Assembly (NCBI GenBank): GCA_951813605.1
Contig: OX638379.1
Span: 3,730,062-3,794,061, forward strand
Length of the DNA: 64,000 bases
Direction of reading: 5' to 3'
From: an uncultured Bryobacterales bacterium
GTDB lineage: Bacteria > Acidobacteriota > Terriglobia > Bryobacterales > UBA6623
Position numbers and translations under genes: made by a program
Notes under the pieces: generated by a model
Told to the model about the DNA's origin: nothing
The model's database searches: none
The model's input: the letters and a program-made list of their open reading frames with translations, nothing else
Shown: positions 30,941 through 40,137 of the stretch, piece after piece
Numbering within the stretch: the first letter of the stretch is position 1
How the letters are laid out: each line of letters begins with the position of its first letter

Positions 30941-32488
30941 TCAGAGCGCCCTGCTGTACTCCTGATCCTTGTAGCGCTGCAAGAGACCCTTCAGCCGCGC
31001 GACGACTTCCGGGTGGTCTTCAAAGAGATTGCGGTCCTCATGCCGGTCCGCCTCGATGTCGTAAAGCTGCGCCGGCGGATCGCCGTCTCTCGGGCCGTCC
31101 CACTGGTTCGAACCCGGCCCTTGGCCATCGATGTATTTCCACTTGCCTTGCCGGATCGCGAATGTCCCGTCAACCGAGTGATGCACTGTCGCTTCCCGGA
31201 GCGGGACGCTATCTTCGCCTAGCAACGCCGGAAGGAAGCTTACGCTGTCCTCTCCCGCCCCGGTCGGCAGCTGAAATCCGGCGATCTCCGCCGATGTCGC
31301 CATCAGGTCAGTCAGGCAGATTGTCTGATCGCTCGTCGAGCCGGCGGCGACCCGACCCGGCCAGCTGGCTATGAACGGCATCCGATGCCCGCCTTCCCAG
31401 GCATCACGCTTCTTGCCGCGCTGGCTCGGGTGGTTCGCGTAATGCCCGAATTCCTCGATGTGACTCGGATCCCATTCCGCTCCGTTGTCGCTCGTCAGGA
31501 TGAAGAGCGTGTTCTCGAACTGCCCCGTGCTTTCGAGGGCATCCACCAGCATCCCGACCTGGGCGTCGACCTGCATCACAAAGTCACCGTACTTGCCTGC
31601 CCCGCTCCGGCCCGCGAACTCCTCGGTCGGCACCCATGGCCAATGCGGCGCGGGCAGGGGGAAGTACAAGAAGAAAGGCTGGCCAGGATTGCGGGCCCGT
31701 CCCTCGATGTAGGCCACCGCGTGCCGTGTCAGGTTGGGAAGCACGTCGAAGAAATCGAAGCCCTCCGCCGCCTCGCCTGGCCGCCAGAAGACTGGTCCGT
31801 CGAATCGACCGGGCTCGTGCACTGTGGCCGGCTTCTCGCAGGCATTGTTCTCCACGTACACGTACGGTGCCATGTCCAGCGACGCCGGGATGATGTACGA
31901 GTAATCGAAACCCAGCGTGGCCGGACCATTCGTGACCGGCTGCGTGAAGTCGATCTCGAGGCCTGCTGGCTTCGCGAAATCCTTCGCTCCCTGGAAAGCC
32001 GCCGAGGTGTCGCGCTCATCCCAGCTCTCGGGCTCGGAAGTCGTTGCCCAGTCCAGGCCAAGGTGCCATTTCCCAACGACCGCGGTGTGGTAGCCCTGGT
32101 CGCGGAGCATGCTGGCCACGGTCATCCTCCCGGGATCGACGAGCGCCCGCGAGTATCCAGAGAGCACGCCCTGCTTGAGGCGGGTCCGCCAAGCGTAGCG
32201 CCCCGTGACGACGCCGTATCGGGTCGGCGTGCAGACTGCCGAGCCGGAATGGGCGTCCGTGAACCGCATGCCGCGAGCCGCAAGGGCGTCCATGTAGGGG
32301 GTAGCAATCTTTGAACCCTCGTTGAAGCTTCCGGGGTCGCCGTAGCCCATGTCGTCCGCCATCACGAAGACGATGTTCGGGGCGGCTCTGGGCTCGGGAG
32401 CCTGCGAACCACACGCCGCCAGAGCGATGGCCGAGACCGCGGCGCTGAACATGGAGAGACGGTTGGACGGTTGCCGGGAGACCTTCAT
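30941..32488 (-). CDS. sulfatase (Cys-type), probable lipoprotein
   Basis: MKVSRQPSNRLSMFSAAVSAIALAACGS (lipobox LAAC). PNIVFVMADDMGYGDPG. Signature SAVCTPTRYGVVTGRY. Start at ATG 32488. Confidence 0.9.
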   Translation of the reverse strand: MKVSRQPSNRLSMFSAAVSAIALAACGSQAPEPRAAPNIVFVMADDMGYGDPGSFNEGSKIATPYMDALAARGMRFTDAHSGSAVCTPTRYGVVTGRYAWRTRLKQGVLSGYSRALVDPGRMTVASMLRDQGYHTAVVGKWHLGLDWATTSEPESWDERDTSAAFQGAKDFAKPAGLEIDFTQPVTNGPATLGFDYSYIIPASLDMAPYVYVENNACEKPATVHEPGRFDGPVFWRPGEAAEGFDFFDVLPNLTRHAVAYIEGRARNPGQPFFLYFPLPAPHWPWVPTEEFAGRSGAGKYGDFVMQVDAQVGMLVDALESTGQFENTLFILTSDNGAEWDPSHIEEFGHYANHPSQRGKKRDAWEGGHRMPFIASWPGRVAAGSTSDQTICLTDLMATSAEIAGFQLPTGAGEDSVSFLPALLGEDSVPLREATVHHSVDGTFAIRQGKWKYIDGQGPGSNQWDGPRDGDPPAQLYDIEADRHEDRNLFEDHPEVVARLKGLLQRYKDQEYSRAL

Positions 32489-32619
32489 CGCGCTTTGCCG
32501 ATTGTAGGGCAATGCGGATTCCCGCCATCGCTCGTGACCGTCATCCCATTCCCGCTGACGAACGCCGCGCTCCCTTCGTTACCGCCGCTCGGCTTGCCTG
32601 TACTACACTCTCGGTCATC

Positions 32620-34101
32620 GTGCCGCACCGTTCGCGCCTGCCCCTGCTCGCTGCCGGAGTTCTGCTCTCACTGCCTCTAGTCGCCCAGCAACGCCCGAAC
32701 TTCGTCCTGATATTTGCGGACGACTTGGGTTACGGGGATCTGTCCTCGTACGGGGCAACCAAGCATCGGACGCCCCATCTCGATCGCATGGCGCAGGAAG
32801 GCATCCGCCTGACGGACTTCTACGTTCCAATGCCGTTTTGCGGTCCTTCAAGGGGCACGTTGCTCACAGGCCGGTACCCATTCCGCAACGGGCTCGTTAC
32901 GAACCCGTCGCCCGACGCGGGACGCAACGACATCGGACTTCCTCCTTCGGAGACCACAATCGCAGAAGCACTGAAGCCACTCGGCTACGCCACGGCAGCG
33001 ATTGGAAAGTGGCATATGGGGCACGTCGAGAAGTACTTGCCGCGCAAGCAGGGCTTCGACGAATACTACGGCATTCTCTATTCGAACGACATGAGGCCGG
33101 TGCAACTGGTCGAGAACGAGACGGTCGTCCGGTACCCCGTCATCCAAACCGAACTGACCCGCGACTACACGCGGCGAGCGATCGACTTCATCGAGCGGAA
33201 CCGCGATACCCCGTTCTTCCTTTACCTGCCTCATGCGATGCCCCACAAGCCGCTCGCAGCTTCGGAGGACTTCTACACGCCCGAGACGCCGGACGATCTC
33301 TACAGCGATGTAATCCGGGAACTGGACTGGTCGGTCGGGCAAGTGCTGTCGAAGCTTCGCGAAAGCGGCCTAGACGAAAGCACTTTCGTGTTCTTCACGT
33401 CCGACAACGGCGCAACGTTCGGCGGATACAACGGGGGCCTGCGAGCGATGAAGGGATCCAACTTCGACGGCGGTGTCCGGGTGCCGGCGATCGCGCGCTG
33501 GCCCGGTCGGATCCCCCCGGGCCAAGTGTCGGCGGAAGTGCTCGCGTCGATCGATATCTTTCCGACTATCGTTCGCGCGGCCGGGGGAGACTTGCCGGGA
33601 GACCGTGTGATAGACGGTGCCGACATTCTGCCCCTGCTGGAGGGGCGGATCCGGAAGTCGCCGCACGACGGCGTCTTCGCGATGGGGGGCGTCGAGTTGA
33701 AGATGATCCGGTCGGGACGCTGGAAGCTGCACGTGCGCGCGCCGCGGCCCGGCTTCCTGTGCCTTGACGACGCGAGCGGGTGGAAGGACCCGCGGGGCCC
33801 TGACGGGATCACGATCATCGCGCAGTTCGAGCAGGCGAATCCCACGCAATGCCCCGGCGTCAACACCGGGCCGGCACCCGAGCCGCTGATGCTCTTCGAC
33901 ATGCACGCGGATCAGTCCGAACAGCGCGACGTCGCTGCGCAGCACCCGGAAGTCGTAGCGCGTCTCAAGGCGATTTTCGACCGCATTGACGCGGATGTGC
34001 CCGAGGGCTTGCAGACACCCGCTCGGGTGCCGAAGCTGCTGTGGCTTCACGGCGGTGAATTGCGGTACGACCGCGAGATCAGGCCCCTGCCGTTCGAGTA
34101 G
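32620..34101 (+). CDS. sulfatase (Cys-type), Sec signal
   Basis: VPHRSRLPLLAAGVLLSLPLVAQQ (GTG 32620 proposed). PNFVLIFADDLGYGDLS. Signature PFCGPSRGTLLTGRY. Confidence 0.9.
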   Translation: MPHRSRLPLLAAGVLLSLPLVAQQRPNFVLIFADDLGYGDLSSYGATKHRTPHLDRMAQEGIRLTDFYVPMPFCGPSRGTLLTGRYPFRNGLVTNPSPDAGRNDIGLPPSETTIAEALKPLGYATAAIGKWHMGHVEKYLPRKQGFDEYYGILYSNDMRPVQLVENETVVRYPVIQTELTRDYTRRAIDFIERNRDTPFFLYLPHAMPHKPLAASEDFYTPETPDDLYSDVIRELDWSVGQVLSKLRESGLDESTFVFFTSDNGATFGGYNGGLRAMKGSNFDGGVRVPAIARWPGRIPPGQVSAEVLASIDIFPTIVRAAGGDLPGDRVIDGADILPLLEGRIRKSPHDGVFAMGGVELKMIRSGRWKLHVRAPRPGFLCLDDASGWKDPRGPDGITIIAQFEQANPTQCPGVNTGPAPEPLMLFDMHADQSEQRDVAAQHPEVVARLKAIFDRIDADVPEGLQTPARVPKLLWLHGGELRYDREIRPLPFE

Positions 34102-34150
34102 GCTTCCTGCCTTGGCAACGAGGAGACAGCCGTCCGCCGAGCCGGCTAGG

Positions 34151-35449
34151 CTACTGCCGCATGATCTTGGCCAGCATGTCGTAGAACTCGGGAAAAGATA
34201 CAGAGGCCGCTCCGGCCCCCATCAGGCTCGATTCCCCATCGGCCGGCAGCGCGGCCACGGCAAACGCCATCGCGATACGGTGGTCACCGCAGGAATCCAG
34301 TTCCGCAGCGCGCAGCCGGGACCCGCCTTCGATGTCCATCCCGGTCTCGTACTCCGTCACGCGAACTCCCATCGCTCGCAGGTTGGCCACCACGGTGGCG
34401 ATGCGGTCGGTCTCTTTCACGCGCAACTCCCCGGCATCCCGGATCCGCAACCCACTCCTGGAGAGGGCGCCGAGCACCGCGAGCATGGGAATCTCGTCAA
34501 TGACGCCCGCGACGGTCGCGCCACCGATCTCGCCTCCGGCGAGCGGCCCTTCCCCGCGTACGTCAAGCGTTCCAACCGGTTCCCCTCCTTCGTCCGGGTC
34601 GGGGTGAACCTCGATGCTCGCCCCCATGCGCCGCAGGACCGACAGGACCGCCGCGCGGGTCGGATTCAAGCCAACGCCCTGGATGCGCAGGCGGGAGCCA
34701 GGCAGCATTAGCGCGGCCGCGACAAAGAAAACCGCTGACGAGAGGTCGCTCGGAATTCGCATGTCGCGTGCAGCGAGACGGGGAAAGCCTCGAATCGAGA
34801 TTTCACGCCCATCGACAGTGACATCGGCTCCCAAGCGACGCAGTGCGATCTCGCTGTGGTCACGTGTTTCGACCGGCTCGACGACGGTCGTCACTCCCCG
34901 CGCATGCAGGCCGGCGAGCAATATCGCACTCTTCACTTGGGCGCTTGCTACGGGCAGTTCGTAGCGGATCGGACGCAACGCCCCGCCTCGGATCTGGAGT
35001 GGCGGATACTGGCCTTGGCGCGCCTCCATCGACCCGCCCATGCTCCGCAGCGGCACCATGATGCGCTTCATGGGACGCTTCGATAGCGACTCGTCCCCTT
35101 TGATCTGCGACGCAAACTGTTGGCCCGCAAGGATGCCCGAAAGCAGGCGCATCGTGGTGCCTGAGTTTCCCGCATCGAGGGGAGAAGCGGGAGGCTGGAG
35201 TCCGCCCTGGCCGACCCCGGTGATTTCGACCCGTGTTCCGCGCCGCTCGCAACGCACGCCTAGAGATCGCATGCAGCCGAGAGTGGACTCGCAGTCCGCG
35301 CCGGTGGAATAGTTCGTCAGCAAGGCGCGGCCTTCCGCAAGGCCGCTCAGCATCGCGTAGCGGTGTGAGATGGACTTGTCCCCGGGCAAGGAGACGGTAC
35401 CTGCAACGCCAGTAGCGGGGCGAATCGTGCGGGGCATCTGTCTATCCAT
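34151..35449 (-). CDS. aroA: 3-phosphoshikimate 1-carboxyvinyltransferase (EPSP synthase)
   Basis: LPGDKSISHRYAMLSGLAEG, NSGTTMRLLSGILAG, RPMKRIMVPLRSMG and DHRIAMAFAVAAL. Start taken at ATG 35449 (433 aa). The longer tracked ORF would overlap the upstream TBDR. Confidence 0.93.
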   Translation of the reverse strand: MDRQMPRTIRPATGVAGTVSLPGDKSISHRYAMLSGLAEGRALLTNYSTGADCESTLGCMRSLGVRCERRGTRVEITGVGQGGLQPPASPLDAGNSGTTMRLLSGILAGQQFASQIKGDESLSKRPMKRIMVPLRSMGGSMEARQGQYPPLQIRGGALRPIRYELPVASAQVKSAILLAGLHARGVTTVVEPVETRDHSEIALRRLGADVTVDGREISIRGFPRLAARDMRIPSDLSSAVFFVAAALMLPGSRLRIQGVGLNPTRAAVLSVLRRMGASIEVHPDPDEGGEPVGTLDVRGEGPLAGGEIGGATVAGVIDEIPMLAVLGALSRSGLRIRDAGELRVKETDRIATVVANLRAMGVRVTEYETGMDIEGGSRLRAAELDSCGDHRIAMAFAVAALPADGESSLMGAGAASVSFPEFYDMLAKIMRQ

Positions 35450-35571
35450 TATCAGGAACGTCTCGGCGCACCCCGGGGAGCTGGTGGTGACACCTCGTGC
35501 CAGCGAACCGGGCACGTTCTCGAGCGGTCGCTGCGCATCGATTTGCGGCGGCTGCCAAGGGCCGACCCAGC

Positions 35572-38500
35572 CTAGAAGACTATCTTGGTCATCATCTGGA
35601 ACGTTCGGGGGAATCCCCTGGTTCCGGGAATGCTTCCAAAGTTGTCGGATCCGTAGACGGTGCGGGGCCCACGCCAATTGACGTTGTTCAGCAGGTTGAT
35701 GAACTCGAATCGCAGGGAGAGTGTCACATCTTCGGAAAGACGGGTCGTCTTTTCAACGGACACATCCCAGTTGACGAGCGCGGGACTGCGAACCGCATCG
35801 GTGGTGTGCGGTGCCTCGCTGAGTCGAAGGCCGTCAGTCGGAGTAAGGGAACCTGCCATCACGTAGCGATCGAAGTTGCTGCCGGGATCGCCGCCCGCGG
35901 TAACGAGATCGTTCGCCGGGCGCTGGTGGCTGAATCCGTATGCGCTGAGCGGATTCTCGTTCTGGGTGATCACGAGCGGGAAGCCGCTGCGCAGGATCGT
36001 CGCCATGGAAACCGCCCAGCCGGCCACCAGCTTGTGACGCCCTCTCGTCTGGTACATGAGGTTCAGGTTCACGAGGTGGGGCGCATGCAACCGCGAAAGC
36101 GAGTAGTCGGCGTGCAGCACCGGGCACTTTCCGAACGCGCATCCGTCCGGCGTATTGTAGACCGCGGGGGTCAAGCTCTCGAGCAGCGTGTTGGCCTCGT
36201 AAATGTTGTCGCGATGCCGGGTATGGGTGTAGTTCACCCGCGCCCCCCAGTCCCGGTTGAACCGCCTTTCCAGCTCGAATCGGAGCGCGTGGTAGAGCGA
36301 CTTGCCTGCGCTCACATGACGGGCGTAGACATTTCGGAAATGGGGGAACGGACGGAGCAACTGGCCAAGTGGCAGAGTCCGGTCGCCCGCGAACGATCCG
36401 AAGCGGGAGTCGCCGCGGAAGGGATTTGCATACTGCTCGTTCAGCCGATCGCCAAGCGCCAGGTACGGGTCGGCAAGTTGATTGATGTTGATAACCGAGT
36501 TGAGCGTCCCGCCGATCGGCAGATCGGCTCCTTGGCTGCCTACGTAACCCACCTTCATCGCCACCTCTCTGCCGATGTCGCGCTGCAGGTCCAAGGACCA
36601 CTTCTTGATGTATGGCGAGTCGCGGTGCTGGTCATTGAAGTACACGTCGCCGCCGATGTTCTGAAGGCGGCCGTTCGAGTTGCCCACCGGATCGAGGATC
36701 CCGTCCGGGAACGGGTTCGCTGCGGTCGCCTCCGGAGGTGTGATTCCGTCGACGCTGGCCGCCACGTTGGTCACGGCTGTGTAGCCGTAGGTCCCAATCT
36801 CCGACGCGCCGGAGCCGAGCGGGATCGCGTACGGGGCCCAATAGACCGCGAAGCCTCCGCGCAGCACCGTCTCGGGATCGAGGGTGTACGCGAATCCGAG
36901 CCGCGGCCCTAGCTTGACCGGCGGAGGGTTCCACTGGTGGGCAGGATTCCCGTCAAGCCCGGCATACATCAGCCCGCCCTTGAGAGGGAATCCCGGCAAC
37001 GATCCCTCAAGTGCGGGAGGGGGATCGACCTGTGCGGGAAACGGGCTCCGCCTGTCCCAACCGACCGTGAAATCGTTGCTGTCCTCCTGCAGGCCCGTTT
37101 CGTGCTCGACTCTGAGCCCGAGGTTAAGGACAAGGTTCGAAGTGGCTCGCCAGTCGTCTTGGAAGAAGCCTCCGAAGTAATCCAGGAACAGATCCGCTGG
37201 AAGTGCCAAGGTCGCGGTGCCGCCATCCGGAATGCCCAGCAGCAGCTCCGCCAGCGCGCTGCCCGAACCCGTTTCCGGACGCGCCGGATTGGGACCTTGG
37301 GTGAACTTCTTTGCGAAGTTGAGCGCTAGCCCGTGGCCATAGTTCACTGTGTGCAGCCCGAGGCGCCGCCATTGCCCGCCAAGCTTCAGCGTGTGATTCC
37401 CGACGAACAGACCATAGGTCCCGCTGAATTCGCGCGACAGCCACTGGACATCGTCGTTGCTACGCCCGCCGTGCGAGTCACCGCTATCGCCGAAATCTGT
37501 GACGGATACTTTCGGAAACTGACCCGCATACGCTTCCTGCGCGTAGATCTTGTCCAAGAAGCCTCCCTGAATCCCGAGTTCGCTGATGATTTGGTCCTTG
37601 GCGAATGCGGGATTGCTCCAGGAATCGTTGAAATACGTCTGCCCGTATCGCAGAGTCAGCACGGAGGCCGCCGACGGGAGGACCGTGTTGTTGATCGCCA
37701 GCGCGTGGACGTTGCGTCCGAGCGTCGAAGCGCCGATGCCGAAGGCAGGGGGCGAATCGGAATTCAGCAAATCTTGGTAGTGACCGAATTGAGGTTCCTG
37801 CGAGCGGTAGTAAAGATAGGTCCCCGTCAAATGCCAGCTTTCGCTGAAGGCATGGTTCAAGTTTCCGGTGGCCTGGATGGCCTTCACGATCTGAATCCCG
37901 GAGGTCGAGATCTGCCCGCCCGGTCCCAGCGTCGCGAGAAGATTCGTCAGCGCCGCGCCGGCGGGATCGGCCGAACCTACCGGAATCCGGTCGTTGGCAA
38001 ACGGCACCCTGCTACCGTCGGATCCCCGGCTGAAGGGATCGTAGATGGTCCGAGCGCTGTCAGAAAAATCGCCTGCCGCCTCGGCGGGAGTCGGCACGGT
38101 GATCGTTGTGTTGCCGATCGCGTGATCGGAATAGCCTTCGGTGGCAAGCCAGAAGAATGTACGCCCGGGCGCGATCGGGCCGCCGAACGACCCGCCGAAC
38201 AGATTGTACGGGGCGTTCCCGAAATCGTGCATTCCGAGCAGGCCCCTGTCGAAGTCTCGTTGCTGGAAGTAGGCGAGTTTCCTCCAAACGGTGTTTAGTT
38301 CGCCCGCTCGAAACTGATACAGAGCGCTGCCAGCCCAGTCATTCGTGCCGCTTCGGTGAATCGTGTTGAACACGCCGCCCCCGGTGCGGCCCATTTCGGC
38401 GTCGTACGTGTTCGTCTGGACCTTCATTTCCTGGACTGCCTCGAAGACCGGGATAATGACCGAACGATTGCGAAGGTCCGTCATCGACACGCCGTCGATC

Positions 38501-39066
38501 GTGTAGTTGTTGCCCCGCAGCGGACCGCCTCCGAGCGAGAGCAGGGAGGAGTTCGTCTGGTCGGATTGCTTCACCCACACCGGATTCCCGGTATGCACGA
38601 CGTTGGGGGTTGTCACCGCAAGGATGAACACGTTCCGGCCCGGCGATGGCAGCACCTCGATCTGCCGGCGGTCGATAGTCGAAGCCACCGACGCGGTGCC
38701 GTTCTCGATCAGCGGCGTCTCGGCGGTGACCGTAACGGTTTCCTCGACGCCTCCCACGGCCAGCGTAACGTCGGTCACCAGAAACGTGGAGATCCCGACC
38801 GCCAGCGATTCCCGTACAAAGGGGGCGAAACCCTCCAGTTCCGCGATTACGGTGTAGGCGCCAGGCTGAACGCTGGCAAACGAGTACTCGCCGGATGCAT
38901 TGGAAATTGTTGCGCGGGAAACGCCGGTATCGTCGTTCGCGAGCGTTAGATGAACTCCCGAAATGACTCCGCCGCCGGTGTCCCGAACAATGCCTCGCAC
39001 GCCGCCTTGAAACGTCTGCGCCAGAAAGCCCGCGGAGATTCCGAGCGCGTAGAGCGTGGCGGCCAT
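35572..39066 (-). CDS. TonB-dependent receptor, Oar-like
   Basis: MAATLYALGISAGFLAQTFQGGVRGIVRDTGGGVISGVHLTLANDDTGVSR...YSFASVQPGAYTVIAELEGF. Plug EVLPSPGRNVFILAVTTPNV. C-terminus ...MMTKIVF. The start is uncertain: ATG 39066 is the first ATG adjacent to the signal peptide. The first 238 codons of the tracked 1402-aa ORF read through intergenic DNA and the 284-nt repeat, and I judge them non-coding. Confidence 0.88.
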   Translation of the reverse strand: MAATLYALGISAGFLAQTFQGGVRGIVRDTGGGVISGVHLTLANDDTGVSRATISNASGEYSFASVQPGAYTVIAELEGFAPFVRESLAVGISTFLVTDVTLAVGGVEETVTVTAETPLIENGTASVASTIDRRQIEVLPSPGRNVFILAVTTPNVVHTGNPVWVKQSDQTNSSLLSLGGGPLRGNNYTIDGVSMTDLRNRSVIIPVFEAVQEMKVQTNTYDAEMGRTGGGVFNTIHRSGTNDWAGSALYQFRAGELNTVWRKLAYFQQRDFDRGLLGMHDFGNAPYNLFGGSFGGPIAPGRTFFWLATEGYSDHAIGNTTITVPTPAEAAGDFSDSARTIYDPFSRGSDGSRVPFANDRIPVGSADPAGAALTNLLATLGPGGQISTSGIQIVKAIQATGNLNHAFSESWHLTGTYLYYRSQEPQFGHYQDLLNSDSPPAFGIGASTLGRNVHALAINNTVLPSAASVLTLRYGQTYFNDSWSNPAFAKDQIISELGIQGGFLDKIYAQEAYAGQFPKVSVTDFGDSGDSHGGRSNDDVQWLSREFSGTYGLFVGNHTLKLGGQWRRLGLHTVNYGHGLALNFAKKFTQGPNPARPETGSGSALAELLLGIPDGGTATLALPADLFLDYFGGFFQDDWRATSNLVLNLGLRVEHETGLQEDSNDFTVGWDRRSPFPAQVDPPPALEGSLPGFPLKGGLMYAGLDGNPAHQWNPPPVKLGPRLGFAYTLDPETVLRGGFAVYWAPYAIPLGSGASEIGTYGYTAVTNVAASVDGITPPEATAANPFPDGILDPVGNSNGRLQNIGGDVYFNDQHRDSPYIKKWSLDLQRDIGREVAMKVGYVGSQGADLPIGGTLNSVININQLADPYLALGDRLNEQYANPFRGDSRFGSFAGDRTLPLGQLLRPFPHFRNVYARHVSAGKSLYHALRFELERRFNRDWGARVNYTHTRHRDNIYEANTLLESLTPAVYNTPDGCAFGKCPVLHADYSLSRLHAPHLVNLNLMYQTRGRHKLVAGWAVSMATILRSGFPLVITQNENPLSAYGFSHQRPANDLVTAGGDPGSNFDRYVMAGSLTPTDGLRLSEAPHTTDAVRSPALVNWDVSVEKTTRLSEDVTLSLRFEFINLLNNVNWRGPRTVYGSDNFGSIPGTRGFPRTFQMMTKIVF

Positions 39067-39412
39067 TCGAATCGCAGCGACCCGCAGAGGTCGCTTCCCA
39101 AAGCTCGACCGGTTCAGGTACGGCGAACGGCAACGCAGACGCTCGACAGGTTCAGTGAATCGGTTTCGACCGAAGTCTGAATCGAACTCGGATCCGACTG
39201 CGCAGTGTGCGCGACCCAGCATCGTACCTATGAATCTACTTGACACGACGATGAGTGAATCCGGAACGGTAATTGAATAGCCTGAACGGTCCGCGGGCGT
39301 GCCTCGCGACGGGGGGCGGGACCGAAATAAGCGATTCCGACAAGATCTCGAGATTCGACATCGAAAGGTGGGCCACATTGCTTCGCTTTCGCTACCCCGG
39401 TCTCGGCGATCG

Positions 39413-39696
39413 CTTTCCTCTAATTGCCTCGGAACCTCGGCCTCGGAGGCCATGCACGGCCACCTGCGTGGTTCCAGTTGGAGGGGGGCGAGCAAGCGCC
39501 GGACAGGTGGGAGAATGGGATGAGGCCTTTCGCGAGGCGCTTCCTGGATGCCGCAGCGGACGACCCAATGCCGGGCAAGGGGCGCAGCCGGAGCGGGAGC
39601 TAGCGTCACACCACAGTGAATCCGACGGGGAGGGATCAAGCCTAGCACCCCTTCAAGGCAGCTGGCCGCACTGAGAATCACGGGTTGAATCACCCC
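39413..39696. repeat. 284-nt non-coding unit, copy A (candidate structured RNA or gene-less hairpin-ended mobile element)
   Basis: Aligns to 48443..48726 at a constant offset of 9030 with about 30 mismatches and no indels; both flanks are unrelated. See findings for the compensatory changes. Confidence 0.85.
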
Positions 39697-40029
39697 AGGC
39701 ACATCTTTAAGTCCGGACTGGAGGCGCCTGATGGGTTGGATTCCTACTTGCGCGTAGTGGGGAGTGGCAAGACGCGGCACGGCAGGCCTGTCAGGCGGGG
39801 TCTGGGCCGGTGGTCCGGGCAGCGGGAACGGGTGAGCGGCGAGCGCGGGCGCAGGGGTGGCGTTGCAGGCTGGCGCCAGGCTGCGCGGGCCAGCTGCACG
39901 GGCTAGCTGTGCGGGGGCGGGGCCAGCAGCAGGTCGAGTGGAGTGGCTGCGTTTTCGTGGACAAATGAGATAGCTTGTCTAGGCAGGGGCTCCTGTCCTG
40001 AGAGGGCGGGGAGCAAGGAGGCCCAAGCG

Positions 40030-40137
40030 ATGAGCGAGAATCCGGGTCAGGATCCCCCTCCCCGGTCCCGGCAGCTATTGCACGCGTCGCTTGCAACTCT
40101 CCGGTGCCACCCGTTCCATAATCGGGAAGCGCCATGA
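40030..40137 (+). CDS. possible 35-codon upstream ORF translationally coupled to cdd
   Basis: AAGGAGG (40015-40021), 8-nt spacer, then ATG 40030. Peptide MSENPGQDPPPRSRQLLHASLATLRCHPFHNREAP. Its TGA overlaps the cdd ATG (ATGA at 40134-40137). No homology recognised. Confidence 0.25.
   Translation: MSENPGQDPPPRSRQLLHASLATLRCHPFHNREAP

Noticed and set aside
39413-39696. The repeat unit as a known riboswitch (cobalamin upstream of the TBDR on the minus strand; TPP; c-di-AMP/ydaO upstream of the SLT-amidase genes), a twister-like ribozyme, or a group II intron fragment.
   Set aside because: Only short chance resemblances were found: GAAUCCGAC..GGGGAGGGA, CUGAGA and CCAAUGCCGG (the last not conserved in copy B). 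The ordered core motifs of these families, as I recall them, are absent (B12 box and GCCACUG; the TPP ACCUGAUCUGGAUAAUGCCAGCG; the ydaO ACAGCUAACCUCGUA; the intron GUGYG plus domain V). A cmscan would be decisive.
39067-39780. An N-terminal 238-codon extension of the TBDR ORF 35572..39780, and ORFs 39273..39674 and 48345..48686 that give similar peptides.
   Set aside because: The peptide similarity is a by-product of the 284-nt DNA repeat. Mismatches between the copies show no codon-phase bias (10/9/11). The TBDR signal peptide starts at about 39066.
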